Origin: Demequinaceae bacterium
Lineage (GTDB): Bacteria > Actinomycetota > Actinomycetes > Actinomycetales > Demequinaceae
DNA: 32,000 nt
NCBI GenBank assembly: GCA_965250005.1
Contig: OZ252279.1
Location: 1,500,001-1,532,000 of the forward strand
Direction of reading: 5' to 3'
Below are positions 9,801-18,602 of the stretch, piece after piece; the first letter of the stretch is position 1; each line of letters starts with the position of its first letter. The position numbers and the translations under genes are program-made. Below the pieces are notes generated by a model. The model saw only the letters and a program-made list of their open reading frames with translations, searched no databases and had not been told where the DNA came from.

Positions 9801-12800
9801 TCGTAGAAGTTCACGTCGGCGGGCAGCGTGACGCTGATGGTGAAGTCGCGCTCCTCGCCGATTGTTGCGGTGGGAGAGTCCACTCCTTTGGTGAGCCCGG
9901 CGCCAAGGACCGTGATGGATTCCGTGGTCGAGTCTGTGTACGTTGCTCGGTCCGCCGCTGCATCATCGAGGCTGTAACCGGTGAGGCCCACGGAGTTGAC
10001 ATAGGTCGCGCCGCCGGCTGAGGCTGGCGATGCCGTGGCCGTGTACGTCAGCGTCTGGGGCGAGCCCGCGACGATGGCGCCGGCTTCCCACACGATCCGC
10101 GTTCCGGTGCATCCAGCGTCGGCGATGATGCTCGCGGAGCCCTGCGAAGGCCCGGCCACGTCGAGCGCCACCGACGTGAGTTCAACGGGCACGCAGTCAA
10201 TCACTTGCGTGTCGTAGGACGTGGGCCGGCCCGTGGTGTTGTTCGCCGTGAGCGTGTATGTAACGGTTTGGCCGGCAGTGACACTGTCGTCGGAGACGAG
10301 TTTGGCAATCTGCGGCTGTGGTTCGATTGCCGTCATCGAGCGGGTGCTGGAGCGGCTGTCCGTGTCTGACGTGAAACGTGTCCGGTCGCGCGGGGAACTC
10401 GAGTCCCCGTGGGTCCACGCAGAATCTGGGTCAATGTAGGCCTTGACGTGGACTGTGAAGACCTGCGCTGTGGCGGTCGTGTTCGTGTAGGACGCCGGGA
10501 ACGTCAGGCGTCCAGCGGCCGTGTCGATGGTGAAGGCCTGAGTGTTGTAGGTGAACCCGGTTGCACCCTCTGCCGTGGTTCCACCGGGGTACGTCACCTG
10601 GGTCGCCGTGGCGTCGACTACCCAGTCGGTGCTCGTGTCTGGCGTGATCCAACTGGAATTTGCTGAGTTTCGGACCTGGTCGTACAAGAGGCCATTGCCC
10701 ACGGTCGTGTACGCCGGGATGGTGACGGAAATGTCAAAGGTGCCTAGCTCTCCGGGGACCAGCTGCGTCGTCGTGTTGTTTGTGTCTGTAGGCGATGTTC
10801 GCACCTTGCTGACGGTGATACGCGGTAGGCGGACGCGCGAGTCGTCAATGGTGCCGGTGCCGACGGTGTTCCACGACGCGGACAAATCGCCGTCGAGCGA
10901 ATCCGACGGGTAGTACGTCTGAGAGTTCGGTACGGAACTCGCGTTGATATCAGCCGTGTAACTGATGATCGACGCGGTGTTGTCGATGTTGGTGCGGACC
11001 AGCATGGGCGTGGGGATTGTCACGTCGTACGTCAGCGTCTTGCGGGATTCGCCCGCGCCGCCGTCGTAAGGAACGGCGACTCCGGTCCAGACGATGACGG
11101 AGTTTCCGCCGCTCAGTCCGGCGGGGTAGCCGCCGTCGCCGCTGTCGTAGGCAACTCCGCCGTCGCTGATGCTGGATACATCGGCCTTAGTGATCTCGGA
11201 GGGGAGCTCGTCCCAAATTACGGCGTTATCCGCGGGGTATGGTTGCGCGTAGACGTCGACGCGGTAGGTGACGACCTCACCCTCGACTACCTCGATGTCG
11301 TCGCGATTGGAGGCGAAGGTTGTTCCGTCCGGTGCGTCCTGGGACCCGGCAGCGCGAGTCGACGACGAGGATGCGGCGTTGTCTAGCACGCTTTGAACGC
11401 CTTTGATGAGCCTGAGTTCGGGGTCAATGAGAACCGCCGCTTCTTCCCGCAGAAAAAACAGTTCGCCGTCTACGTTGTGCTGGCGGTATTTCATGAGGTT
11501 CTCGGGCTTGTCGAGCAGGATCCCGTTCGACGGCGCAACTACCGTCGCCCACATGTGAGCGGTGAATGTGGATCCGCGCGAAACGTAGAGGTCGCCGCCA
11601 GCCCCCACCGTTCCTACGGTCCACTCCAAGCGTCCGCCAGAGGGGTCGAGCGTGGTGGGTATCGTGGGCCCGACACTGCCGGCGATAACCGCGTATCCCT
11701 CATAGGTGAGCCCGGATGGAAGAAAGTCAGTGATAATGGGGTTGCGGACGTCCACCGAGCTGGGGAAGACAACCGAGAGTTCGAAGCAGACCGTGTCCCC
11801 CATGCGGAAGTCTGCGGCTACGTCTTCATTCCAGGTGGCGGTGCCGGATGTGCACGGGTCGGTCCCGGCGCCCAAGTCTTGAATGACGTCCGTGCGGTCC
11901 ATTACACGCTTGTTGATGGTGGTGAAGTCGGTGGGCATGGACTCGCCCGAGTCGTCCCAGACGTTCCACGTGGGGGGGAACCAGGCCTGAAGGTCGGTGA
12001 CAGCGTCGGTGACAGCGGTGAACTCAACGGTATTGCCGAACGAGTCGCCCGAGGTGGTGGGGCCGTATTCGGTGGCGAGTTCGTAGTCTCCGCGGTTGAG
12101 AGCCTTGTACGTGATGGTGTGCGTGTCGTTGGCGGGAAGAGTCAACGTTCCAGGAACTGGATAGGTCGCAGAGGTGGGCCGCAGCACCATATCCCAGGTT
12201 CCGTCGGCGTAGACCGTCACGGAGTCTACGTGCGCCCCGGTGACCACCCCATTGATCGATGTGCAGTCGGTGACGGTCAGTCCGGATGCGTTTGTAAGCG
12301 GGGTGCCGGTAGGAACAAGCGGGCACAGGCCATTGCTCATGGAGTCGGTCAGCACGATGCTGGAGGAGTCCATGTATTCGCTCGCCTGAAGCGTGAGTTC
12401 GAAAGTGGTCTGCTCATCCGTGTCGAACGTGGCACCCGCGGTGATCGCCTTCAATACCGCCAGGTCCATCGCGTAGATGATTTCGGTCGCGCGGTCAGTT
12501 GTTGCACGGGGTGCGGCGGTGCGCACGATTCCCGCGTAGTCCCCGCCGACGTTCGCGACGTTGGTCCATACGTCCCCGTCGATTGGCGTAGCTGGGTCGC
12601 CGTGGCGGGTGGACGCGCCAGTGTTGTTGTCCAAGTTTGCGGTTTGGCCAAGCGAGGCGGCAGTCGGGGTCGCGGCGGGCGTCCACGCGATGGTGTTCTC
12701 GTACAGTGGTACGGCCGCGGCGTATTTCACATACGTGGTGGTTCCCATCGCTAGAGTGCCCAAGTCCCATTCCACCCGGGTGTATACGAGCCCCTCGGTG

Positions 12801-13780
12801 ACGCCGTAGGTAGTTGCGTCTGCGGCGCTCGCGACCACCGTGTCGACGCTTGTGGGCGTGGGGCAGTCGGTCGCGATGACCGGCGTGCCGGTAAGGTCGG
12901 GCGCGTCGAAATACTCGCTAACGGCAACGGAGTCGCCTGTATCCCAATCGATAGTGGAGTTGTCGACTGCGCCGCAACCCAGGAACTCAAGGCCTGCGGG
13001 GATGTAGTCCACCAGGATCACATTATCGGTATCGCCCTCGGTGGTGTTCTCGATCTCGAGCGTGTACACCGTTGTCTGGTCGTGGACTCCGCGCGGAAGT
13101 TCGGATTCGGGGTGGGGCTCCACCTTCGTCATGTCTAGGGCGATCATGGTCGTCGTTTTCGAGGATGGCCCAGCCGAGCCAGTCTCGGCGATCGCGGTGG
13201 CTCCGCCCACGCCGGTAGAACCGCCAAAAACGGGGAGCAGGGAGGAGGTGCCGCCCAGGTACGCGTACGCGTCCAGGTCATACGTCGAGCCGACCGGGAA
13301 CACCGTCGTCACGGCGGTCTCGCCCGTGCCCTTCGGTGAGGGCTGGGTGGGCGTCACGGTGACGGTTCCCTGGTATGTGCCGGAGGCAGGCAGGTCAGAG
13401 ACGTCTTCCCACACCCACCGGAGCAAACCGGTGGCGAGTGGCGGCACTAGCGGGTCGCTCGAGTCATAGATCACGGGGGTGCCGAGCGTCGAGGAGTCGA
13501 ACGCAATGCCCTCTGGCACGTCGAGAACAAGCGCGAGGTTAAAGCCGTCAATGCCGCCGGTGTTTGTGGCGCTGATCGTGTACGTCGCGCTGTTGCCAGC
13601 GATGACCTCGCCAGGACCGGTGATCGACACGGCCGCGGTGGGGGCGGTCGCATGGGCGGGGCTCGCGATACCCGCCAGCGTCACGGGGCCGACGAGGAAC
13701 GCGAGCAGAAGAATTCGCGCAGGGTTCCTGAGCGGTTTACGCGCGCCACGGCGTTTCTCAGGCAAATGGAGTTCCCTCAC
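6809..13780 (-). CDS. Giant DUF11 / conserved-repeat-domain surface protein (2323 aa)
   Basis: N-terminal signal peptide ([23 protein letters not shown]). Many repeats of the type Y.(I/V).(V/A).N.G..........V.[9 protein letters not shown] (e.g. [55 protein letters not shown]). C-terminal hydrophobic segment and basic tail ([21 protein letters not shown]). Confidence 0.92.
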   Translation of the reverse strand: [2323 protein letters not shown]

Positions 13781-13844
13781 CCGTCGAGCCTATTGATGAT
13801 TATGCCGATTGGCGACCTGATACTGGGTGATCCGCGTCACTTTG

Positions 13845-15053
13845 TTATCGGTGATGCTGGGCAGGGACGCGATCCGCGAAGCGCATGGCGACCGAACCAA
13901 CGATGGCCAGGATCAACACGTACGCAGCGGCCAGGGGACCAAGTTGACTCTCGACCCCCGCCGCAACACCTAACCCAGCGATAACGATGGAGAATTCACC
14001 GCGCGGAATGAGCGAGAGTCCGGTGCGCCATCGACCCTTGTGCCCGATCCCCGCGTGCCGCGCAGCCCACCACCCGGTGGCGGTCTTCGTGATTGCCGTG
14101 AGAAGTGCGAGCGCGATCGCAGGAATCAGCACCGGGAGAAGGTCACGCGGATCAATTTGGAGCCCGAAGAACACGAAGAAGAGCCCTCCAAACACATCGC
14201 GAAGTGGCGGGAGGAGACCGCGAACGTCGTCGGCGACTTGACCAGAGAACGTGAGTCCGAGTAGGAACGCTCCGACAGCCGCGCTGACCTGGACCGCGTC
14301 CGCGAGCCCTGCAACCAGAAATGTGAGACCGAGCACTGTGAGAAGCAGAAGCTCGCGAGAGTGGGAATGAACCACCTGCGAGACTTGCCGGCTCAGCCGG
14401 AAGGCGACGAAGAACGCTAGGCCCACGGCGCCAATCGCGATACCCGCCGCGACGGCACCTTGCGCAATTGTCGCACCGGCGAGCAGGACTGCGAGCAGCG
14501 GGAGGAATATCGCCATGGCGATGTCTTCCATGACCAGCAGGCTCATCAGCACGGGGGTTTCGCGGTTGGCGACGCGGCCAAGATCATCGAGGAGTTTCGC
14601 GATGATTCCGGACGACGAGATATAAGTGACTCCCGCGAGAAGAAGCGACGCGGTAGTGGACCAGCCTAGAAGGTAGCCTGCGGCGAAGCCGGGGACGGCA
14701 TTGGCGAGCAGATCGACGATCCCTCCGAGCCACGTGGTGCGCATCCCGTCGCGAAGGTCCTGAGGGGAGTACTCGAGGCCGAGCAAGAGAAGAAGCAGCA
14801 CCACACCAATGTCCGCGCCTACCTCGATGAACTCTTCGCCCGCGCTGATCGGGATGATCCCGCCGGTGCCCATGACGAGGCCACCCAGCAGGTAGAGCGG
14901 AATGGACGGAATCCCGATCCTGTATGCGAGCCGGCCAAGGACCGCGAGCGTGAGGAGGACGACCCCGAGCTCGATGAGTACGTTGCCCGTGAAGTCTGAG
15001 GCGGCCCCAGATACCGCCTCCGCAGCTTCTGATGGGAGCCATTGGCGCCGCAT
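13845..15053 (-). CDS. Cation:proton antiporter, CPA2 (KefB/KhtU-like) family
   Basis: 402 aa polytopic protein, LGRLAYRIGIPSIPLYLLGGLVMGTGG...GVVLLLLLLGLEYSPQDLR; Na+/H+ exchanger fold motifs typical of CPA2. Confidence 0.88.
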   Translation of the reverse strand: MRRQWLPSEAAEAVSGAASDFTGNVLIELGVVLLTLAVLGRLAYRIGIPSIPLYLLGGLVMGTGGIIPISAGEEFIEVGADIGVVLLLLLLGLEYSPQDLRDGMRTTWLGGIVDLLANAVPGFAAGYLLGWSTTASLLLAGVTYISSSGIIAKLLDDLGRVANRETPVLMSLLVMEDIAMAIFLPLLAVLLAGATIAQGAVAAGIAIGAVGLAFFVAFRLSRQVSQVVHSHSRELLLLTVLGLTFLVAGLADAVQVSAAVGAFLLGLTFSGQVADDVRGLLPPLRDVFGGLFFVFFGLQIDPRDLLPVLIPAIALALLTAITKTATGWWAARHAGIGHKGRWRTGLSLIPRGEFSIVIAGLGVAAGVESQLGPLAAAYVLILAIVGSVAMRFADRVPAQHHR

Positions 15054-15056
15054 CGG

Positions 15057-15536
15057 CTATCCCGTGAGGATTGTCGTCGCCTGTGTAACCGCTTCTGCGC
15101 TGCCCATGATCAAGACGGTGTCGCCCGCGAGCAACTGAAATCCTGGTCCGGGCCCTGGCACGGCCGCCTCGCCTCGGATGATTGCCACGACGGAGGCGCC
15201 GGTGGATGTGCGGATCTTGCCGTCGGCGATCCGCCTGTTGGTGAGCCCTCCGTCGACGGGCATCGTGACCCACTCAATGGCCAGCCCCTCAACCTGGTGG
15301 CGCAACTCATCGAGCCGGGTGGTGATGTTGGTGCCACCAAGGAGTTCTGCGAGGTGGCCAGCGTCGCCCTCGCTCAATTCGACCGTGCCGCTGCAAGCGT
15401 CTGGATCGTCGCGGTCGTAAATGGCGACATCGCGCTTGCCGTCACGTCGAACGACTACCCCGATGCGGTCGCCGGATTCAGCCGAAAACTCGTATCGCGT
15501 GCCTATGCCGGGGAGAGGAGTTTCGAAGATGTCCAT
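15057..15536 (-). CDS. Cation:proton antiporter regulatory subunit (TrkA-C/RCK_C, KhtT-like)
   Basis: Directly upstream of the antiporter. C-terminal RCK_C pattern IRTSTGASVVAIIRGEAAVPGPGPGFQLLAGDTVLIMGS. Start MDIFETPLPGIGTRYEF is preferred over the track start at 15557. Confidence 0.8.
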   Translation of the reverse strand: MDIFETPLPGIGTRYEFSAESGDRIGVVVRRDGKRDVAIYDRDDPDACSGTVELSEGDAGHLAELLGGTNITTRLDELRHQVEGLAIEWVTMPVDGGLTNRRIADGKIRTSTGASVVAIIRGEAAVPGPGPGFQLLAGDTVLIMGSAEAVTQATTILTG

Positions 15537-15569
15537 GAGTCGAGCATCCCACGGCACTTGCGCGCCGGT

Positions 15570-16523
15570 CTAGGAAGCTTTGGTGCGCACCGAAGCCTTC
15601 GGGTATAGAAGAGACTCTGCGCGGGGCCTTTTCACCAAGTGGCGATCGCCAATTCGACTCCACCCGTAGCGGGACATGAACGGGTTGTCGGAGAGCGCAT
15701 AGCGGAGCATAAACAGTTGTCTGTAGGCGAAGATGCGGCCACGAGTGGCATCGGTCAGGTGGCTGAAGACTTCTGCCCCGATGCTGGACGCCTCGGCGGG
15801 GAGCAACATTGAGGCGGCAGCGTTATCCACGGCTGGGTCGCCAGCGCCCAGCGTGTGCCAGTCGCAGATCCCGGCGAATGTGCCGCGATCCGAGAGCACA
15901 GTGAGCGGCGACAACGCGCCGTGCGTCCAGTGGGGAGGGATGTCAACAGGGAGCTTCGCGCCGGCTTCCCAGACGGCGGTGAACGCGGGGACGTCGATGC
16001 GCTCGCCGAACGGCCCGAGCGCATCCGCAGCGCGGAGCGCAAGTTGGCTCCACTCATCGAAGTGGTCGGCGAGGGGGCGTGAAGTGATGGTGCTCTCTGG
16101 GGCGTCGCGCGGCGATGGCTGGTGTAGTTGGTAGATCGCCTTCGCGAAGGCCCCCGCAGACTCGGGCGAGAGCGGAACCACAGCAGCCGTCGAGGCTGCT
16201 ATCCACTTGGCAATCACCCAATTGAAGGGGTAGTCATTGGTTGGACTTCCGGAAACAACGGGGGTGCTCACTGCGAACGTGAACCTCTTCGTGATTCGCT
16301 CGATCCAATCGCCGACGCGGTCGAATTCATCGGAAACAGCAGCGACAGTTGGCAAAGCCAACACATAATCGTCGCCGAGGCGCACGGCGACGTGGTCTCC
16401 TACGTCGTAGTGGCGGCCTATCTCGTAGTGGCTGTATTGCGGGGCCTGATCCTTGAGGAGGGCGCTAACAAGGTCGTCGCTCACGGCGACGCTTTGGGTG
16501 CCATCCAAAGGCGCGTTGCCCAT
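15570..16523 (-). CDS. Phosphotransferase (APH/choline-kinase fold)-like protein, probably catalytically degenerate
   Basis: PHWTHGALSPLTVLSDRGTFAGICDWHTLGAGDPAVDNAA aligns with the APH Brenner/DxD region. ATG at 16523 is preferred; a GTG at 16544 is possible. Confidence 0.7.
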   Translation of the reverse strand: MGNAPLDGTQSVAVSDDLVSALLKDQAPQYSHYEIGRHYDVGDHVAVRLGDDYVLALPTVAAVSDEFDRVGDWIERITKRFTFAVSTPVVSGSPTNDYPFNWVIAKWIAASTAAVVPLSPESAGAFAKAIYQLHQPSPRDAPESTITSRPLADHFDEWSQLALRAADALGPFGERIDVPAFTAVWEAGAKLPVDIPPHWTHGALSPLTVLSDRGTFAGICDWHTLGAGDPAVDNAAASMLLPAEASSIGAEVFSHLTDATRGRIFAYRQLFMLRYALSDNPFMSRYGWSRIGDRHLVKRPRAESLLYPKASVRTKAS

Positions 16524-16716
16524 GTACCGAATGTAACCCCGCACTCGCGATACGCATACCCCCCAGTTTCAGGGGATCGCGACTAGTGGTGAGCGAGCGA
16601 CCGCGACCCACGCGGACCGGCTGCACGATGTGAGGATCCCTTGGTGAATCCCAGCTTTCCTGTTGAGTGCCTATCGGTCATTGCGGTGGACTCGTGCTTA
16701 GCCGCTGGGCACCGCC

Positions 16717-17055
16717 TCAGTTGACGACGATTTCTGAGATCTCGAAGTAGTCGTCGTCAGCGGCTTCGCGAATCCAGTCGATGGTGACCTGGCTGGGCGC
16801 ACCTGTGACGTCGTCGTACGCGATGGTCGCGTCGGACTCTTCGGTTCTCAGTGCGCGTTCGTACAAGTGCAGGACTTCGCCGATCGTTCGCATTTGCTCA
16901 ATCGTGACCCACTTATCCTGGATCGCCTTGAGGCCGTGCTCGTCGGTCGCTTCGAAGGCGATGACCTTGCCCTCCCGGACCGTAACAAGATAGACGCCAG
17001 CACCCGGGCCAAAGTACGAGTGACCGAACTTGTAGGTGTAGTTTTCGGGCTCCAC
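16717..17055 (-). CDS. DUF6174-like domain; possibly the 3' part of a gene interrupted by an in-frame TGA
   Basis: NWVEPENYTYKFGHSYFGPGAGVYLVTVREGKVIAFE...TIGEVLHLYERAL...DATIAYDDVTGAPSQVTIDWIREAADDDYFEISEI. Same reading frame as 17065..17499, with an open frame between apart from one TGA. Confidence 0.5.
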   Translation of the reverse strand: MEPENYTYKFGHSYFGPGAGVYLVTVREGKVIAFEATDEHGLKAIQDKWVTIEQMRTIGEVLHLYERALRTEESDATIAYDDVTGAPSQVTIDWIREAADDDYFEISEIVVN

Positions 17056-17064
17056 CCAGTTGCT

Positions 17065-17499
17065 TCAAGCGTGTCCGGGCTCGCGGTAATCGCGGAACGT
17101 CCAGCACCCTTCTTCGTCGACGGCCAGTGGGTCGTCCCAGCAAACGTCGGTCGGGTTGCCGGAGGCGTCGTAGGTGACCGTGAATCCGAGACTCAACCCG
17201 TCCGCTGGCTGCGGCGCCTCGGTGCGATCGAGCGCCTGGCGCGGAGTGGAGAAAAACGCAGCCGAGTCCATGTTTTGCGCGAACTGGTCCGCATCGGAAT
17301 CAAGTGGTTGAGACGAGAGGATGACGCCGCCTGCGATATCGAGTTCAAACCACCCGCTGTAGAACCAAGCGCCCGAAAAAACAACGTCAACCACGTAGTG
17401 ATCCGGTTCTGTCCACCCCGACTCTTCTACAACGTTGGCCTGGGCACACGCAGCGAGCGGTAGAGCCGCACACATGGCGATCGTGGCTACACGGATCAT
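17065..17499 (-). CDS. Lipoprotein with DUF6174-like domain
   Basis: MIRVATIAMCAALPLAACAQ (lipobox LAAC), then WTEPDHYVVDVVFSGAWFYSGWFELDIAGGVI...VTYDASGNPTDVCWDDPLAVDEEGCWTFRDY. Confidence 0.65.
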   Translation of the reverse strand: MIRVATIAMCAALPLAACAQANVVEESGWTEPDHYVVDVVFSGAWFYSGWFELDIAGGVILSSQPLDSDADQFAQNMDSAAFFSTPRQALDRTEAPQPADGLSLGFTVTYDASGNPTDVCWDDPLAVDEEGCWTFRDYREPGHA

Positions 17500-17865
17500 G
17501 ATGTTTCTTTCCGATGTTGAGTAGGGCATCTCTGCAGGGTTAACGCGCGGCGGGGGGAAAGCGTTGGGGTCGTTGGTCACAGCGCGGCCCTCACCGGTTT
17601 CAATGCTGGCGAATCGTGCACGGTCGCGAGCACCCAGAAACCTCGGCGCTACCTGCCCGTTCTTCCCGGTGGCGGGTCACCCAAGGCGAACAAAGATGCT
17701 ATGGGCGACGAGCGCTATGCGGTCAGCAACGCCAACACTGAGAAACACGTCCCTCGGGAGGAGGCGCCCGGCGCCCGGCACGAATCCGACGTCAAAAGTT
17801 CGAGCGCGACCCACCGGTGTACTTCATGACCGATGGGCCGCTTGCTCGACCTTGGCTGGGAAGCG

Positions 17866-18495
17866 CTAGCGCTTGCCGCCGCCGAGGAGGCCACCGAGCA
17901 GTTCGCCCAATCCGCCCATCGCTCCGCCGGAAGACGAGCCGCCGGAGGTCGCGCCTCCGAGTACCGAGCCGAGGATATCGCCCAGGCCGCCTCCACTGGA
18001 AGACGAGCCGCCGGAGGTCGCGCCTCCGAGTATCGAGCCGAGGATATCGCCCAGGCCGCCTCCACTGGAAGATGAGCCACCGCCGGAACTACCGCCGAGC
18101 AGCTTCTTTGCCAGGAATGAGAGCACGATGGGCGCGAGGATCGGAAGCAGCATAGTCATCAGATTCTTGCCGATGCCGTCGCCCCCAATCTTTCCGAGTT
18201 GGCTCGCGACGCTGTCGCTCTTGTCGCCGAAGATGTTGCCGACGATCTTGGCGCCGTCCTCGACGTCGATGTCCCCGAGGTTGATCCCGCCGGAGAGCAG
18301 TCCACCGTCTTTGGTCTCAAGCGCCCCGAGCAGCGATGCCGCGCCGGCCGTGTCAGAGGCGTTGGCCTGGAGTCCCTGGAACAGCGCGGGAAGAGCCGCG
18401 GAGACGGCCGCTGACGTGTCTGCCTTGGAAGCACCCAGTTGCTTGGCAATGTCGCCAATGGGGATCTGAGAGAAGAGGTCATCGAGGTCGGGCAT
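17866..18495 (-). CDS. DUF937 domain-containing protein
   Basis: LFSQIPIGDIAKQLGASKADTSAAVSAALPALFQGLQANASD...GINLGDIDVEDGAKIVGNIFGDK, followed by an LGGG/SSGG low-complexity repeat C-terminus. Confidence 0.85.
   Translation of the reverse strand: MPDLDDLFSQIPIGDIAKQLGASKADTSAAVSAALPALFQGLQANASDTAGAASLLGALETKDGGLLSGGINLGDIDVEDGAKIVGNIFGDKSDSVASQLGKIGGDGIGKNLMTMLLPILAPIVLSFLAKKLLGGSSGGGSSSSGGGLGDILGSILGGATSGGSSSSGGGLGDILGSVLGGATSGGSSSGGAMGGLGELLGGLLGGGKR
17932..18069 (+). repeat. 69-bp in-frame tandem repeat (two near-identical full copies)
   Basis: AGACGAGCCGCCGGAGGTCGCGCCTCCGAGTAYCGAGCCGAGGATATCGCCCAGGCCGCCTCCACTGGA at 17932-18000 and 18001-18069 (one C/T difference). It decays into a partial third copy from 18070. 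Confidence 0.9.
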
Positions 18496-18602
18496 GGGTG
18501 CTCCTTCTGTAGGTCTATGTAGATCCCATATTACAGATTCGGCCGCGCGAGCGCGTGCCGCTCTACTGTGGAGGGGATTGCATTAAGCCGACAGGAGAAG
18601 TC

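Noticed and set aside
11393-12754. 453-aa plus-strand ORF (and other long plus-strand ORFs inside 6809-13780)
   Set aside because: Lies antisense to the DUF11 gene with no family motif; GC-rich third-position shadow ORF.
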